From positions 1 through 63,950 of IMG/VR virus record IMGVR_UViG_3300027899_000982: DNA of 63,950 bases. One strand, 5' to 3'. The notes under the pieces are model-generated. The model was not told the origin of the DNA and searched no databases. It worked only from the letters and a program-made list of their open reading frames with translations. The position numbers were made by a program, and so were the translations under genes. Shown one piece after another: positions 28,237 through 37,728 of the stretch. Position 1 is the first letter of the stretch. The number at the start of each line of letters is the position of its first letter. The DNA is from a virus (Duplodnaviria; Caudoviricetes).

Positions 28237-29807
28237 CTATTAATTACCTCCTTGAATTTAGAATAAGCCATATCAACTGTTATTTTACGACAGCAGATGT
28301 ATTGTCTCGGACAGACAACAGTGGTCCCCGCAACCGGACCTATATGACGACATCCTTGACACACAACAGGACTGATAATAGGAAACAAAGATTTTCCTAT
28401 TAAATTCACATCTGCCACATATTCTGGTTTTGTACAAGTATATAATGTTATACAATCTTTTTTTAATGACTGGCAAATATGACTTAAAAGCCCTTCATGA
28501 GAAAAATAAAGTTTACAAGCTTTTAGCAAATAAACTGTCTGCTCAATGGAAAGGGAACTTGTGAAGTTAAGATCAAATTCAAATGGCATAGGACCAGGAC
28601 TTAGCCCTACCAAAGCTACCTTATAGCCCTCTTTTCTTATCCTTTTAATGAATTCAAATAAATATTCATCTGGCCACTTTTTCATAAACCAAGTTTCACC
28701 AATATCCACACAGACATACTCAGAGAAATCTTTAGGTAGGAATTCATTCAGCTTGGGCATATTCTCTTGGAGCATTCGGAAATGACCTGTTACTCCATCA
28801 ACAGTAAAATCTTCTGTTATAGGGATTTGCAATTGTTCCCTAACAGCCCTTTCATAAGCCTTGACTATATGAATATCTTTAAAATCCCTCTCATAAGAGT
28901 AGTCAAGGTCAATGAAATAATCAGCATAAATAGGCACGTGCATCTTGGTCATAGCATCTACATAATCAGAAACTAAGATAGGTTCAAACATTTTAGACAT
29001 AAAGATTATGCAGTCATCAGGATATAGATCACGTAACTTTTTTAGGATAGGGGTAGCCAGGAAAACATCTCCAAAACTGCCTTCTCTTTTAACCACAATC
29101 ACCTTTCCAAATTTCTTGGCTATGACATAGGAATACCATCGTTTCTCAAATATCCTTTTATTCAAAACCTGATAGCCATAAATATCAGTCTCCAACATAA
29201 TTCTGTTAGTGGTTTTGGCCCTATGATGAATCCAATCTATCTTGATTTGCTTTAGCCTATACTCATCTTTCTTTAGTCTTAAAGACAAATCTCCATCTTC
29301 ATAATAACCATACTGATAGACAGAATCAAAAGGACCATAGCGTTTAGCTAATTCAGTCCTCATCATGAATAGAGAACCTTCTACATAATCTGGATTATCT
29401 GTCTCTGTATTGCCATAGCCTAAAGATTCTCCATTCCACATATTACAGACGTTAGTTAATGGCCCTACCTGCCCCACGTTAGGGTCTTTGAGAATAGCCA
29501 TAAAGGATTCGGCCCAAGGCCCATGAAACTCTATATCGTCATTACAGACCACAAAATAAGTGCCTGTAGCAATCTCTATAGACTGGTTATGGGCAGCCCC
29601 ATACCCTTTGTTCTCAGCATTGATAATAAATTTACAATCAGGGAAATGATTGATTGCAACATCTTGATAAGAGCTATCTGCTGAAGCATTATCCACCACA
29701 ATAAGTTCAACAGATAGCTCCTTCGTGGTCTCTCTCAAGGTATCACAAAATCTATTGAAGAGAGTTAAATCAGGGTCCATAACTGCTACGGATACAGTTA
29801 AAATCAT
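28233..29807 (-). CDS. GT2 + GT9 (heptosyltransferase-like) fusion
   Basis: N-terminal VVDNAS, GYGAAHN, NDD and YEDGD. C-terminal GSFGDV.LATP, KKWP and CQGC. Confidence 0.8.
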   Translation of the reverse strand: MILTVSVAVMDPDLTLFNRFCDTLRETTKELSVELIVVDNASADSSYQDVAINHFPDCKFIINAENKGYGAAHNQSIEIATGTYFVVCNDDIEFHGPWAESFMAILKDPNVGQVGPLTNVCNMWNGESLGYGNTETDNPDYVEGSLFMMRTELAKRYGPFDSVYQYGYYEDGDLSLRLKKDEYRLKQIKIDWIHHRAKTTNRIMLETDIYGYQVLNKRIFEKRWYSYVIAKKFGKVIVVKREGSFGDVFLATPILKKLRDLYPDDCIIFMSKMFEPILVSDYVDAMTKMHVPIYADYFIDLDYSYERDFKDIHIVKAYERAVREQLQIPITEDFTVDGVTGHFRMLQENMPKLNEFLPKDFSEYVCVDIGETWFMKKWPDEYLFEFIKRIRKEGYKVALVGLSPGPMPFEFDLNFTSSLSIEQTVYLLKACKLYFSHEGLLSHICQSLKKDCITLYTCTKPEYVADVNLIGKSLFPIISPVVCQGCRHIGPVAGTTVVCPRQYICCRKITVDMAYSKFKEVINR

Positions 29808-30581
29808 TTAGTTCCTCACATGACTCAGCATGATATTCCTTGGGCTGATACACTTTTCATCCTTGGATAGTTTAGCATCTATGTCTTGTGCTAAATCATA
29901 GCACCAGACCCAATCCTTTCCCATCTTACTGAACAGTTCCTGCGGATATTTTCTATGCAGTTTCCCATAACAGCATGGCAACATAAACAGGGCTTTAGCT
30001 TGGCTATATTCATAAATCTCGATGACCCTTCTGGATAATTCTCCACAGGGGTGACTGGAAACAATTATGGTGTTTTTGTTAATATACTTATTTAAAATAG
30101 AACCAGATTCAGGATAGGCAGGTTTTGTTCCTTTTACATAAAAGGAAAAATTTATATCAAATAAATCTTCATATTTGTATAGGAACCTTTGAACTTTATC
30201 CCATTGCCTATCTCTTGGCTTTTTATCAATAGCCACAGCATAGTCTACAGGCAGCAAATGGACAGCTAAGACACTGGTTAGGGCATTCCCGGCACACAAG
30301 TCTAGGACATTGTATTTTCCTCTATGGGATAATGCTAAATTCTTGACCCTTTTGATAAGGGCCATGCTTTCAGTGATTTCTTTTCTGGCATTCTTGCCTA
30401 TTGGGTTACAGACATTCAGCACATCACCACAGCATTTCATGGAAAGAAATTCATCTACATAGGTTTGTGGGGACCAATCAGTTAACTCTTTTAACTGCAT
30501 CCACTTTGACTTTTTCTTTCTTTTTTTGGATAGCTTTTGTTCTGATAATCCTTTCATTTCCCAAGCACTATCTAAATTCAT
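29808..30581 (-). CDS. SAM methyltransferase (Methyltransf_32/Trm13-like signature)
   Basis: LDLCAGN, HPCGELS, LPCCY and SPRN. Start placed after AAGGAGG. Confidence 0.65.
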   Translation of the reverse strand: MNLDSAWEMKGLSEQKLSKKRKKKSKWMQLKELTDWSPQTYVDEFLSMKCCGDVLNVCNPIGKNARKEITESMALIKRVKNLALSHRGKYNVLDLCAGNALTSVLAVHLLPVDYAVAIDKKPRDRQWDKVQRFLYKYEDLFDINFSFYVKGTKPAYPESGSILNKYINKNTIIVSSHPCGELSRRVIEIYEYSQAKALFMLPCCYGKLHRKYPQELFSKMGKDWVWCYDLAQDIDAKLSKDEKCISPRNIMLSHVRN

Positions 30582-30591
30582 TTCGCCCTCC

Positions 30592-31077
30592 TTACCTTGA
30601 TAGTCCATCAATAAATTGGGTTTTAATTTCCTGCTCCATAGCCTGTCCCATAGCATATATCTGTACATTGATTTCAATTATGTTAGACTGCTGGCCCCTG
30701 GCATCCCTGAGAAAAAATTTTGTGACATGAATACCAGGACTAGCATTGCTTTTTGATGTAATATAAAATCTTGTTGATCCGGCTACTCCCTTTATTCCAA
30801 TCTGACTTGCTGGATAAGAAAAATCCCATCTGGAAGGTCCAAAATATTCTTCGACATGTAAGGTTGTTATATCCCCATCAGTATCATTCCAAGACACTGT
30901 CCCCCAAACCGTTGTGCCCCTTTTCACTACTGTAGTATCCAATGACAACTGAATATAAGGTACTCCTGTTGAATTTCCACTTCCTGAATTACTTCCTCCA
31001 CCGGAGCAACCCACCAAAAATATCCCAACTACCAACAACAGAACTAATCTTTTCATTTTGCCCTCCCATCCTTTCAT
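30592..31077 (-). CDS. Lipoprotein with Ig-like domain
   Basis: LVGC lipobox (likely start MKRLV). Confidence 0.65.
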   Translation of the reverse strand: MKGWEGKMKRLVLLLVVGIFLVGCSGGGSNSGSGNSTGVPYIQLSLDTTVVKRGTTVWGTVSWNDTDGDITTLHVEEYFGPSRWDFSYPASQIGIKGVAGSTRFYITSKSNASPGIHVTKFFLRDARGQQSNIIEINVQIYAMGQAMEQEIKTQFIDGLSR

Positions 31078-31376
31078 TTAGCTAATTTTACCCCTGATGG
31101 GGCTGGTAAAGTATGATCATAAAGCATCAAGTCATACACTACGTTGTTTCGTTTTCCTTTTTCGTCCAAAACACCTATCATAATTCTGTTCATTTTGATA
31201 GCAGCATCAAGCTTATGTTCAAAAAAAAGCTTTGACCCATAGATTCCTACAGCTATACCAAGCAGCCAAAAAACAAATAAGGGAAATACAATCCAAGAAT
31301 ACTTTGAGAAAACATTCTCCTTTTTTACCAAGTTGGAAATTGATTTCATTTCTAAACTTTGCGGGTATCCTTCCAT
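31074..31376 (-). CDS. Single-TM membrane protein
   Basis: Hydrophobic segment and RBS. Confidence 0.6.
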   Translation of the reverse strand: MEGYPQSLEMKSISNLVKKENVFSKYSWIVFPLFVFWLLGIAVGIYGSKLFFEHKLDAAIKMNRIMIGVLDEKGKRNNVVYDLMLYDHTLPAPSGVKLAK

Positions 31377-31388
31377 TTTCCTCTCCTT

Positions 31389-31673
31389 TCAATTAATCAC
31401 CACAACAATTCTTTTTTCTTCCGGTATCAGGTTTATTATTTCATCCATAGTTGGAGCGTCCTTATCCCCAATCAACTCTCTTCGCAATGATTCAGGATAA
31501 GCAAATTCGTGAGTCCACACAGATCGCCCTAGTGACTTCTCAACAGCCTCGTGGAAAATAGCAAATGGCATACAAAGTCGTTCTTCAAATAGTTGAAACT
31601 TAGCCCTGGATAAAAAATCCATCTTCTCCCAAAACTTGGATTCATAAAGAATACCAGCCTCCTCCTTTGTCAT
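31389..31673 (-). CDS. Conserved phage hypothetical protein
   Basis: FQLF..RLCMPF..FHEAVE..LGR.VWTHEF pattern. Confidence 0.7.
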   Translation of the reverse strand: MTKEEAGILYESKFWEKMDFLSRAKFQLFEERLCMPFAIFHEAVEKSLGRSVWTHEFAYPESLRRELIGDKDAPTMDEIINLIPEEKRIVVVIN

Positions 31674-31718
31674 ATTCCTCTCCTTTCATTTAGGCTGAAC
31701 TCAGCCTTTGTTTTAGCT

Positions 31719-31916
31719 TCAAGCAATACATTCTGTTAATTCAGCAGCTTTCTTTTCCTTAATTTTAACTGTCTTTACTTCTCCCCATACATAGTCTCTC
31801 TCTATATTCTCCAACACCACCATTCCCCTTGTGATATCAGACAAGGTATATTTGTTTTCCTGCATAAAAATTGATATCTTTTTTGATATTTCCACAGCGT
31901 CTTTTTTTCTTCCCAA
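31719..31916 (-). CDS. Hypothetical protein
   Basis: Operonic ORF. Confidence 0.5.
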   Translation of the reverse strand: MGRKKDAVEISKKISIFMQENKYTLSDITRGMVVLENIERDYVWGEVKTVKIKEKKAAELTECIA

Positions 31917-31917
31917 T

Positions 31918-32436
31918 TTAAACCACCCCTTCTGCCCTCCTGATTAGATTGTTATATACCTTGACTACATATTGGGCCTGTCTCTTTGCTTCTGGATTTC
32001 TACCTCCTTTATAAAGTGATAAAGCCTCTATCATATTACCATTTGTAATGTATAACTTATCTTTCAATATCATTATGCCATGCAATATATCCACTTCTGG
32101 ATATACCTTGCTGGCATAGGGGGTTTGGGCTATTCCGACATATCCTTTCTTTGACACAGCCTCATATCTGAAATTTGACTCAGTGAACAAAAGACTGGAT
32201 ATAAGCAATCTACTAATTCCTGTTTTTTCAGAAGCAATCTCGATTCCGTTTGAGACTGCGGTGATTTTGTTTTTCGGGCAACCCAAAAAGGCAAGGCTGC
32301 TTCTAATTGAATTATTTCCATCAGTAGAGATTGGGCTTTTTGTAACTGGATGAATAAGCTGGGATAATCCATAAAAATTATAGAATCCTGCCAGTATAAT
32401 CATTGTTACGAATAAGGTCTTTATTAGCTTTTTCAT
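31918..32436 (-). CDS. Lytic transglycosylase (SLT domain) with signal anchor
   Basis: TESNFRYEAVSKKGYVGIAQ and ALSLYKGG motifs. Confidence 0.8.
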   Translation of the reverse strand: MKKLIKTLFVTMIILAGFYNFYGLSQLIHPVTKSPISTDGNNSIRSSLAFLGCPKNKITAVSNGIEIASEKTGISRLLISSLLFTESNFRYEAVSKKGYVGIAQTPYASKVYPEVDILHGIMILKDKLYITNGNMIEALSLYKGGRNPEAKRQAQYVVKVYNNLIRRAEGVV

Positions 32437-32712
32437 TTCGGTTCTCCTCGTCATCACCCTTGGTTTTATACTTCATACCTTTACGGGTTTCTGACATTTT
32501 TATCCTTGTTTCCATATTAGTTATTCTTTTCCTCCTTGATTTGGATTTTTTTCACCAGTAAAGTGTATTTTATTATGTTCTGCTTTAGTAACTAATTTCA
32601 AATTTGAAATATGATTATTTTTTCTGTCTCCATCTTGATGGTGAATTAAATATCCAGGTTTCCAAGGATTGTTTGGATTGTTCTCATTCCATATTTGACG
32701 ATATGAAATCAT
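32378..32712 (-). pseudogene. Frameshifted HNH-NUMOD3 endonuclease
   Basis: The HNH part stops at 32521. A shifted frame continues ITNMETRIKMSETRKG (NUMOD3-like). Confidence 0.6.
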
Positions 32713-32875
32713 TTTTTTCTACCTTTTTAACATTATCTTTTAATGATTGAATATAGCGTGATAACCAAACCCATTGACTACTACCACACGTAATACACTT
32801 ATCACCACCACTACTAAATACAGTCTCACAATCTTTCTCTAAACACAATTTGGCTTGTTGTAATGGAAAGGACAT
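32684..32875 (-). CDS. Small Zn-ribbon protein
   Basis: CLEKDC...CITCGS. Confidence 0.6.
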   Translation of the reverse strand: MSFPLQQAKLCLEKDCETVFSSGGDKCITCGSSQWVWLSRYIQSLKDNVKKVEKNDFISSNME

Positions 32876-32879
32876 TATT

Positions 32880-34718
32880 TTACTCTCCTTTTATATGACT
32901 TCCTCTTTCATCCTTAACAATATTGATTGTCGAATGAAACCCACCAAAACTACCTAAGTTTTTATGGTCAATCAGGAATATTTTTTTCTCATTCTCTTTA
33001 GCCCGATAATAAAGGGCTTGACATAAATCATCTATTCCTTTGTCGCTGAGCCACGCAGTAGGCTCATCAAATACTTCGAGTCCAAAGTCAACTTGTCGTT
33101 TGGACTGGATAAGATCCATAAGTCCAATGGTCCCAGCAAGACGAAGGCGTTGTCCTTCCCCACCTGACCAAACTTCAAAAGGCACAAAGCCATTATGGTT
33201 CGGACTCTCCACCAAAACGGCAAATCCCTTTCTAATAGTGCCTGATTTATTTTCTTGGTCAATGTCCAGCTTAACATTCCAATCACCCATCCCAAACTTA
33301 TTCAGATTGTTATTGATAGATACCTCAAATTCCTTTAAAGACTCTAACATAAGCAATAGCCTGATTTCCTTAAACCCCTTTATCCAATAGGTGTAAGCAT
33401 CAAACTCTTTCTTTGCTTCATTAAGCAAATCTTCATTGTCTTTGATAGCAACTTTAAATTTCTTTATGTCGTCCTGTCTTTCCTTTTCTAGCTGGACAAA
33501 ATTGTTTTTCATCCCTTCAATAGCGTCTATATTGGAATGTTGTTTTTCTATTTCTTCATTTGTGTATTGAATAGTGGTGTTTATTCCCCTGATTGATGTA
33601 TCCAAACCCCTTTCCTGGGCTTTCATTTCGGATACTTTATCCCTTTCTACTTCAAGCTGCTTATCAATTTCTCTTAGCTTTTCAATATAACTGGTTGCTT
33701 TGGATTCCCAATCACGATGAGCAAGAAAATAATCATCCAGTTTATTCACAGCTTCATCTATATGCTCTTTCAGCCTCCTTTTGTCTATGATCTGTTTACA
33801 AGTTGGACAAATACTGCCTCCCCTAACTGTTCCTTCCATACCTTTTATGTCTCTTTGCTTTGAGATATAATTTGCTTTAGCTTCTGCTTGTTTATTTATG
33901 GCATCAGTGTACTTATCCTTCAGATCATTATATTCTTTGGGGCTGGTGACAGGTTTGAATTGCTTTTGGGCCATTTGAACTTTAGCCCTTTTTTTCATGG
34001 CTTCTTGTAATTCAACCCTTGATAATCTTTTTCTTTCTGTTAATTCTTGTAATCTGAATTTTGCCTTTTTCAATTGGTCTTTCTTATTATCATCAAATTC
34101 TTTTATCTGCTGGGAATAATCAGTTTTGTTTAATTGCTCTAATCTTCCTTGCATTTTGGAAATGGTATCTTCCATTCCCCTGATAGTCACTTCAATCTGA
34201 ACGGCTTTAGTCTTGGCTTTTAGGGATCTTTCCCACCAAGGCTGTAATACTTCAAACATAATATCACTGAATACAATCATTTTGTCGGCTGGGGAAAGGT
34301 CAAAGAATTTACTGCTGAATTGAGAAATGAAAGTAGAATAAAGGAAGGATTCAAAGCCAAGATTACCTAGGTGCTTTTCTAATTCTTCTTGAGTGACTGG
34401 ATTATCGTTTAAATTAAGCCTATTTGGATTTTGATCCCTTTGAACCATATCTCCATTATCAAATTTAATCATTACTGAACAGCCTTTATTATCCCAATTT
34501 ACTATATTTCCAGCCTTTAAATTAGTGCTTGTCTTGCCATATAAACACCAGCAGATAGCTTCAAATAAGGCAGATTTACCAGCCCCATTTGCCCCCAAGT
34601 CTGGTTCAACTTTATTCTCACCAGTAACAAAGTAAAGGCCATTATCAATATCAAAGGAAAAGGCTTGATATTCCTGAAACGATTTAAAATTGCCTAATGT
34701 TACTTCGGTCAGTTTCAT
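32880..34718 (-). CDS. sbcC: SbcC/Rad50/gp46-like ATPase
   Basis: NGAGKS Walker A, CPTC Zn-hook, WSGGE signature and FDEP Walker B. Confidence 0.93.
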   Translation of the reverse strand: MKLTEVTLGNFKSFQEYQAFSFDIDNGLYFVTGENKVEPDLGANGAGKSALFEAICWCLYGKTSTNLKAGNIVNWDNKGCSVMIKFDNGDMVQRDQNPNRLNLNDNPVTQEELEKHLGNLGFESFLYSTFISQFSSKFFDLSPADKMIVFSDIMFEVLQPWWERSLKAKTKAVQIEVTIRGMEDTISKMQGRLEQLNKTDYSQQIKEFDDNKKDQLKKAKFRLQELTERKRLSRVELQEAMKKRAKVQMAQKQFKPVTSPKEYNDLKDKYTDAINKQAEAKANYISKQRDIKGMEGTVRGGSICPTCKQIIDKRRLKEHIDEAVNKLDDYFLAHRDWESKATSYIEKLREIDKQLEVERDKVSEMKAQERGLDTSIRGINTTIQYTNEEIEKQHSNIDAIEGMKNNFVQLEKERQDDIKKFKVAIKDNEDLLNEAKKEFDAYTYWIKGFKEIRLLLMLESLKEFEVSINNNLNKFGMGDWNVKLDIDQENKSGTIRKGFAVLVESPNHNGFVPFEVWSGGEGQRLRLAGTIGLMDLIQSKRQVDFGLEVFDEPTAWLSDKGIDDLCQALYYRAKENEKKIFLIDHKNLGSFGGFHSTINIVKDERGSHIKGE

Positions 34719-35728
34719 TCTAAAAATTCCTTTCCTTTCTCGCTGTAGTATTCATCCAATCCTTCAGCTTTGCAGTACCTATTGAAAACAGTAATTGGCT
34801 CCGTATTTATGAATTTCCTTTTTCTCAACAGCCTGGATTTTTCCTCAGCCAACTTCAATTCCATACTGACTACAATCCCACCTGATCTTTCTATGTATGT
34901 TTTCAGAAGTTTTTTCCAGTCATCAAATTCACCACTATCAGACCTATTTACTTTAAGGCGAATCTTGAATTGGTCCCCTTTATTCACAGTCAAAGTTACT
35001 GGTATAACTTGATCGCCAGTAAAATCAATATCCAACATAGTCCTTTTGATAGTCTGATAATTTATTCTTTCGTATGGTCCTAATCCTGGCCCTACTTTCC
35101 CATCATGGTGTAACAGGATAGCCCCACCAGTAAAATCATCCCCAAAATAGACAGGATATGGACTGCCTACATATATAATCCCACCCGTTTCCTGCGGTAA
35201 GTGTAAATCACCACTGAAAATAAGCCCATCAAAATCAGCGAAAATACCAGAATCAAAACCTTCCAAAGCCATTCCATTGCTTGCTTTCCCCCCGAATGTA
35301 GTTTGGTGCATAAAGATTATATCTGTTTCTTTGATATGTTTTTTAAGAATGTCGTTCCACTCATTGGCTGGGTCTTTGGAATAAGGTAAGAAAAGCCAAT
35401 TATCCATAGCAATTGGATTTGAATGATAGTAGATATTATCAGCAGAATTGAGGAAACCAAAAAAAGGCCAATTAGGGTCTATCCCATCATGGTTTCCCCT
35501 TAGTATATGAAGAGATGATACTTCAAAAGCAAGGGCTTGTAATTCTTCTACTACCCTGTTGACTAACTTAGCAGAGTGATTGTCTTTCTTCTCAGTAATA
35601 TCCCCAAGCAGAAAGATGTTATCAAAATCATATTCTTCCTTTAAATCATAAAGCCAATCAAAGATGCCCCACCTGTACTCCTCAAGTGGGGCATCAGTCA
35701 AGTGTAAGTCAGATATAATAAGATCCAT
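34715..35728 (-). CDS. sbcD: SbcD/Mre11/gp47-like nuclease
   Basis: SDLH, LGD, GNHD, SGDLH and YVGSP motifs. Confidence 0.9.
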   Translation of the reverse strand: MDLIISDLHLTDAPLEEYRWGIFDWLYDLKEEYDFDNIFLLGDITEKKDNHSAKLVNRVVEELQALAFEVSSLHILRGNHDGIDPNWPFFGFLNSADNIYYHSNPIAMDNWLFLPYSKDPANEWNDILKKHIKETDIIFMHQTTFGGKASNGMALEGFDSGIFADFDGLIFSGDLHLPQETGGIIYVGSPYPVYFGDDFTGGAILLHHDGKVGPGLGPYERINYQTIKRTMLDIDFTGDQVIPVTLTVNKGDQFKIRLKVNRSDSGEFDDWKKLLKTYIERSGGIVVSMELKLAEEKSRLLRKRKFINTEPITVFNRYCKAEGLDEYYSEKGKEFLE

Positions 35729-37167
35729 TATAATTCCACTTTCTCAATTTCCTTTACTAAAGCATTCTTATCAATTTCCAGCATTTTCATAACATCAAAC
35801 ACCTTTTCGGAAAAACCAGCCAAACAGAAAACATTCTGTTCAGGGAATTGCATATCCCCATAACCAGCCAAGTCAAAAGAATAGATTAGGGGTTTACAGT
35901 TATACTTCTTGCAGTAATTATTATACTCTTCTTTAGGCATATCGTATCCAATCCAGCCCTGCATATCGGACAAAATAATAATCCGGTCATAAGCCTTATT
36001 TGCTTTCTCAAAGATAGTATGAAAGTCAGTTCCCCCACCAGTCATTCTTTTTTCTAAAGTCCTAGCAATTTCCATAGTAGGTAAAAGGGGTATCCTTTCG
36101 TCAGAAATATATCTTGCCTTAGAAGCAAAAGTTAATATTTCAGATTCAGTATTCCTTTTCCATAGAACAGCAGCAAACAAAGACCCTATCTTTTCTACTG
36201 TAGTTTTTCCACAAGCCGTTCCTCTCATACTTCCAGACTCATCCAAGACTATTAAAGTCTTACCAGAAAATTCAGGGACGTTGGATAAAGCAATATCTGT
36301 GGCTTTATCCAAAGCCTTAGAAATTTTCCTATCATTAGAAATCTCATCATAAGCAGTTAGAAACCGGAAAGGAAAAACTAAAGACTTCTTGATAGCCTTT
36401 TCGTCCACCAGCATCTCCAAGGCTTTGTCAAGGCTATCAGATGCTTGTTCTTTAATATTTCTTAGGTTTCTCAGCAAGGCAAAATAGCCTAGTTTCTTAT
36501 TATCAATCAAGTCTTTCCAAGCGGCATTTTTCAATTCAACTTTCTGTTCTTCATCCTCAGCTACTTGCCCAGCTTTGGTAAGCTTGGATTCCCAAGTTTC
36601 TGTAGAAACTAATTCTCCTTTCATCAGCTTATCCAAAATAGGATTAGACTTAGGGTGAATCAGATTGACTAAGTCAATCATCTTCATAGCTTTGCTTTCA
36701 CCCCTATACTTGGCAATCTGATACTCATTAAACTTTTGAATGGCCTGTCCTAAGCCCTTTTTTAAAGAGTTAGGAATAGGTTTGCCATAGGTAGTCATGT
36801 AATAGGACAGAATTTCGGTCATATCATCAGGCCGAAAGACCACCTTATCCAAGAAACTTTTCATCCAAGTTTGGCCTTTAACCTTGTTGACCAATTCACC
36901 TGCCAAGACATGGGTGATAGATCGCATACCATATTTAGTCCTGGCATAGATACCTGCCTTAGCCAAAAATTTCTTATCAGGCAAATTCTGGACCAATTCA
37001 GCCATTCTCTGGACAGCTTCAGCAGACCGTCTGTAATACTGGTCCTGCACCATGTTAGTCAATAACATGGACACTACTTCTAATTTGTCGGATTGTTTGT
37101 GGGCTTGACCACCAGCCCGATTGATTACCTTGGTTTGCTCAACTTTCTTGGGATTAAATCTTGCCAT
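35728..37167 (-). CDS. rsr: Ro60/TROVE-domain RNA-binding protein (Rsr ortholog)
   Basis: NRAGG.A, YAR...GMRS, RPDD, FNEYQIAKY, TWE, ALLRNLRNI, PFRF, vWA MIDAS DESGSM, GGTDF and GFSEKVF motifs. Confidence 0.95.
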   Translation of the reverse strand: MARFNPKKVEQTKVINRAGGQAHKQSDKLEVVSMLLTNMVQDQYYRRSAEAVQRMAELVQNLPDKKFLAKAGIYARTKYGMRSITHVLAGELVNKVKGQTWMKSFLDKVVFRPDDMTEILSYYMTTYGKPIPNSLKKGLGQAIQKFNEYQIAKYRGESKAMKMIDLVNLIHPKSNPILDKLMKGELVSTETWESKLTKAGQVAEDEEQKVELKNAAWKDLIDNKKLGYFALLRNLRNIKEQASDSLDKALEMLVDEKAIKKSLVFPFRFLTAYDEISNDRKISKALDKATDIALSNVPEFSGKTLIVLDESGSMRGTACGKTTVEKIGSLFAAVLWKRNTESEILTFASKARYISDERIPLLPTMEIARTLEKRMTGGGTDFHTIFEKANKAYDRIIILSDMQGWIGYDMPKEEYNNYCKKYNCKPLIYSFDLAGYGDMQFPEQNVFCLAGFSEKVFDVMKMLEIDKNALVKEIEKVEL

Positions 37168-37195
37168 TTCAATGCCCTCCCTTTCTTTTTATTTC

Positions 37196-37271
37196 CCAGG
37201 AGAATAATAAACAGAGTGGTTTTCTGGTAAGATTTCAAGTCTTATGAAGTAACCCTGCCTTCACTGCCTGG
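37196..37271 (-). ncRNA. Y RNA-like ncRNA 4 (anticodon-arm only)
   Basis: CCAGG-CAGUGA-..GGGUUACUUC..UUCU-CCUGG scaffold with an internal UAAGA-CUUGAAA-UCUUA stem-loop. Confidence 0.75.
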
Positions 37272-37276
37272 AAATA

Positions 37277-37546
37277 TTAAATTACAGTCCAATCTTCTCC
37301 CATTAAATCGCCCTTGTTCAAAACCCACTGATAATTGATATTATCTGGCTTGTGAAGAGAAAGAATGTCCCCATTAAGGAATCCATAAAATTCTTTGTCT
37401 ACCCACTCCAGTTTATGAATCTTTTTACCAGCGGCCACTTGTTTAATGGCATGATGGAAACTCATAGTAGGTGGTGTGAGTATTCCCTTTGGTTTTGGTG
37501 TTGGACTTTGGGCCAATGTCACTTGGTCCGGTTGTAATACTTCCAT
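37277..37546 (-). CDS. DUF2829/Tad2-like anti-defence nucleotide-sponge protein
   Basis: MSF..A......G..I....W...W.....D...EDW pattern. Confidence 0.65.
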   Translation of the reverse strand: MEVLQPDQVTLAQSPTPKPKGILTPPTMSFHHAIKQVAAGKKIHKLEWVDKEFYGFLNGDILSLHKPDNINYQWVLNKGDLMGEDWTVI

Positions 37547-37567
37547 TTTCCCCTCCTTTTTTTATTT

Positions 37568-37640
37568 TATTCGGGAGAAAATCAGACAGGGATTGTTTCC
37601 AATATGCGTTTGAAGTAACCCTATCCTTACTGCCCGAATA
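37568..37640 (-). ncRNA. Y RNA-like ncRNA 3 (minimal)
   Basis: UAUUCGGG-CAGUAA-GGAUAGGGUUACUUC...CCCUGUCU-GAUUUUCU-CCCGAAUA. Confidence 0.75.
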
Positions 37641-37647
37641 TATTCTT

Positions 37648-37724
37648 TGGTACAGATGACAGGATTTGAACCTGCGGCCACTTGGTCCCAGGCCAAGTGC
37701 TCTACCAGACTGAGCTACACCTGT
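37648..37724 (-). tRNA. tRNA-Pro(UGG) with encoded CCA
   Basis: Full cloverleaf: ACAGGTG-TA-GCTC.AGTCTGGTA.GAGC-A-CTTGG.CCTGGGA.CCAAG-TGGCC-GCAGG.TTCAAAT.CCTGT-CATCTGT-A-CCA. Confidence 0.9.
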
Positions 37725-37728
37725 AGAA

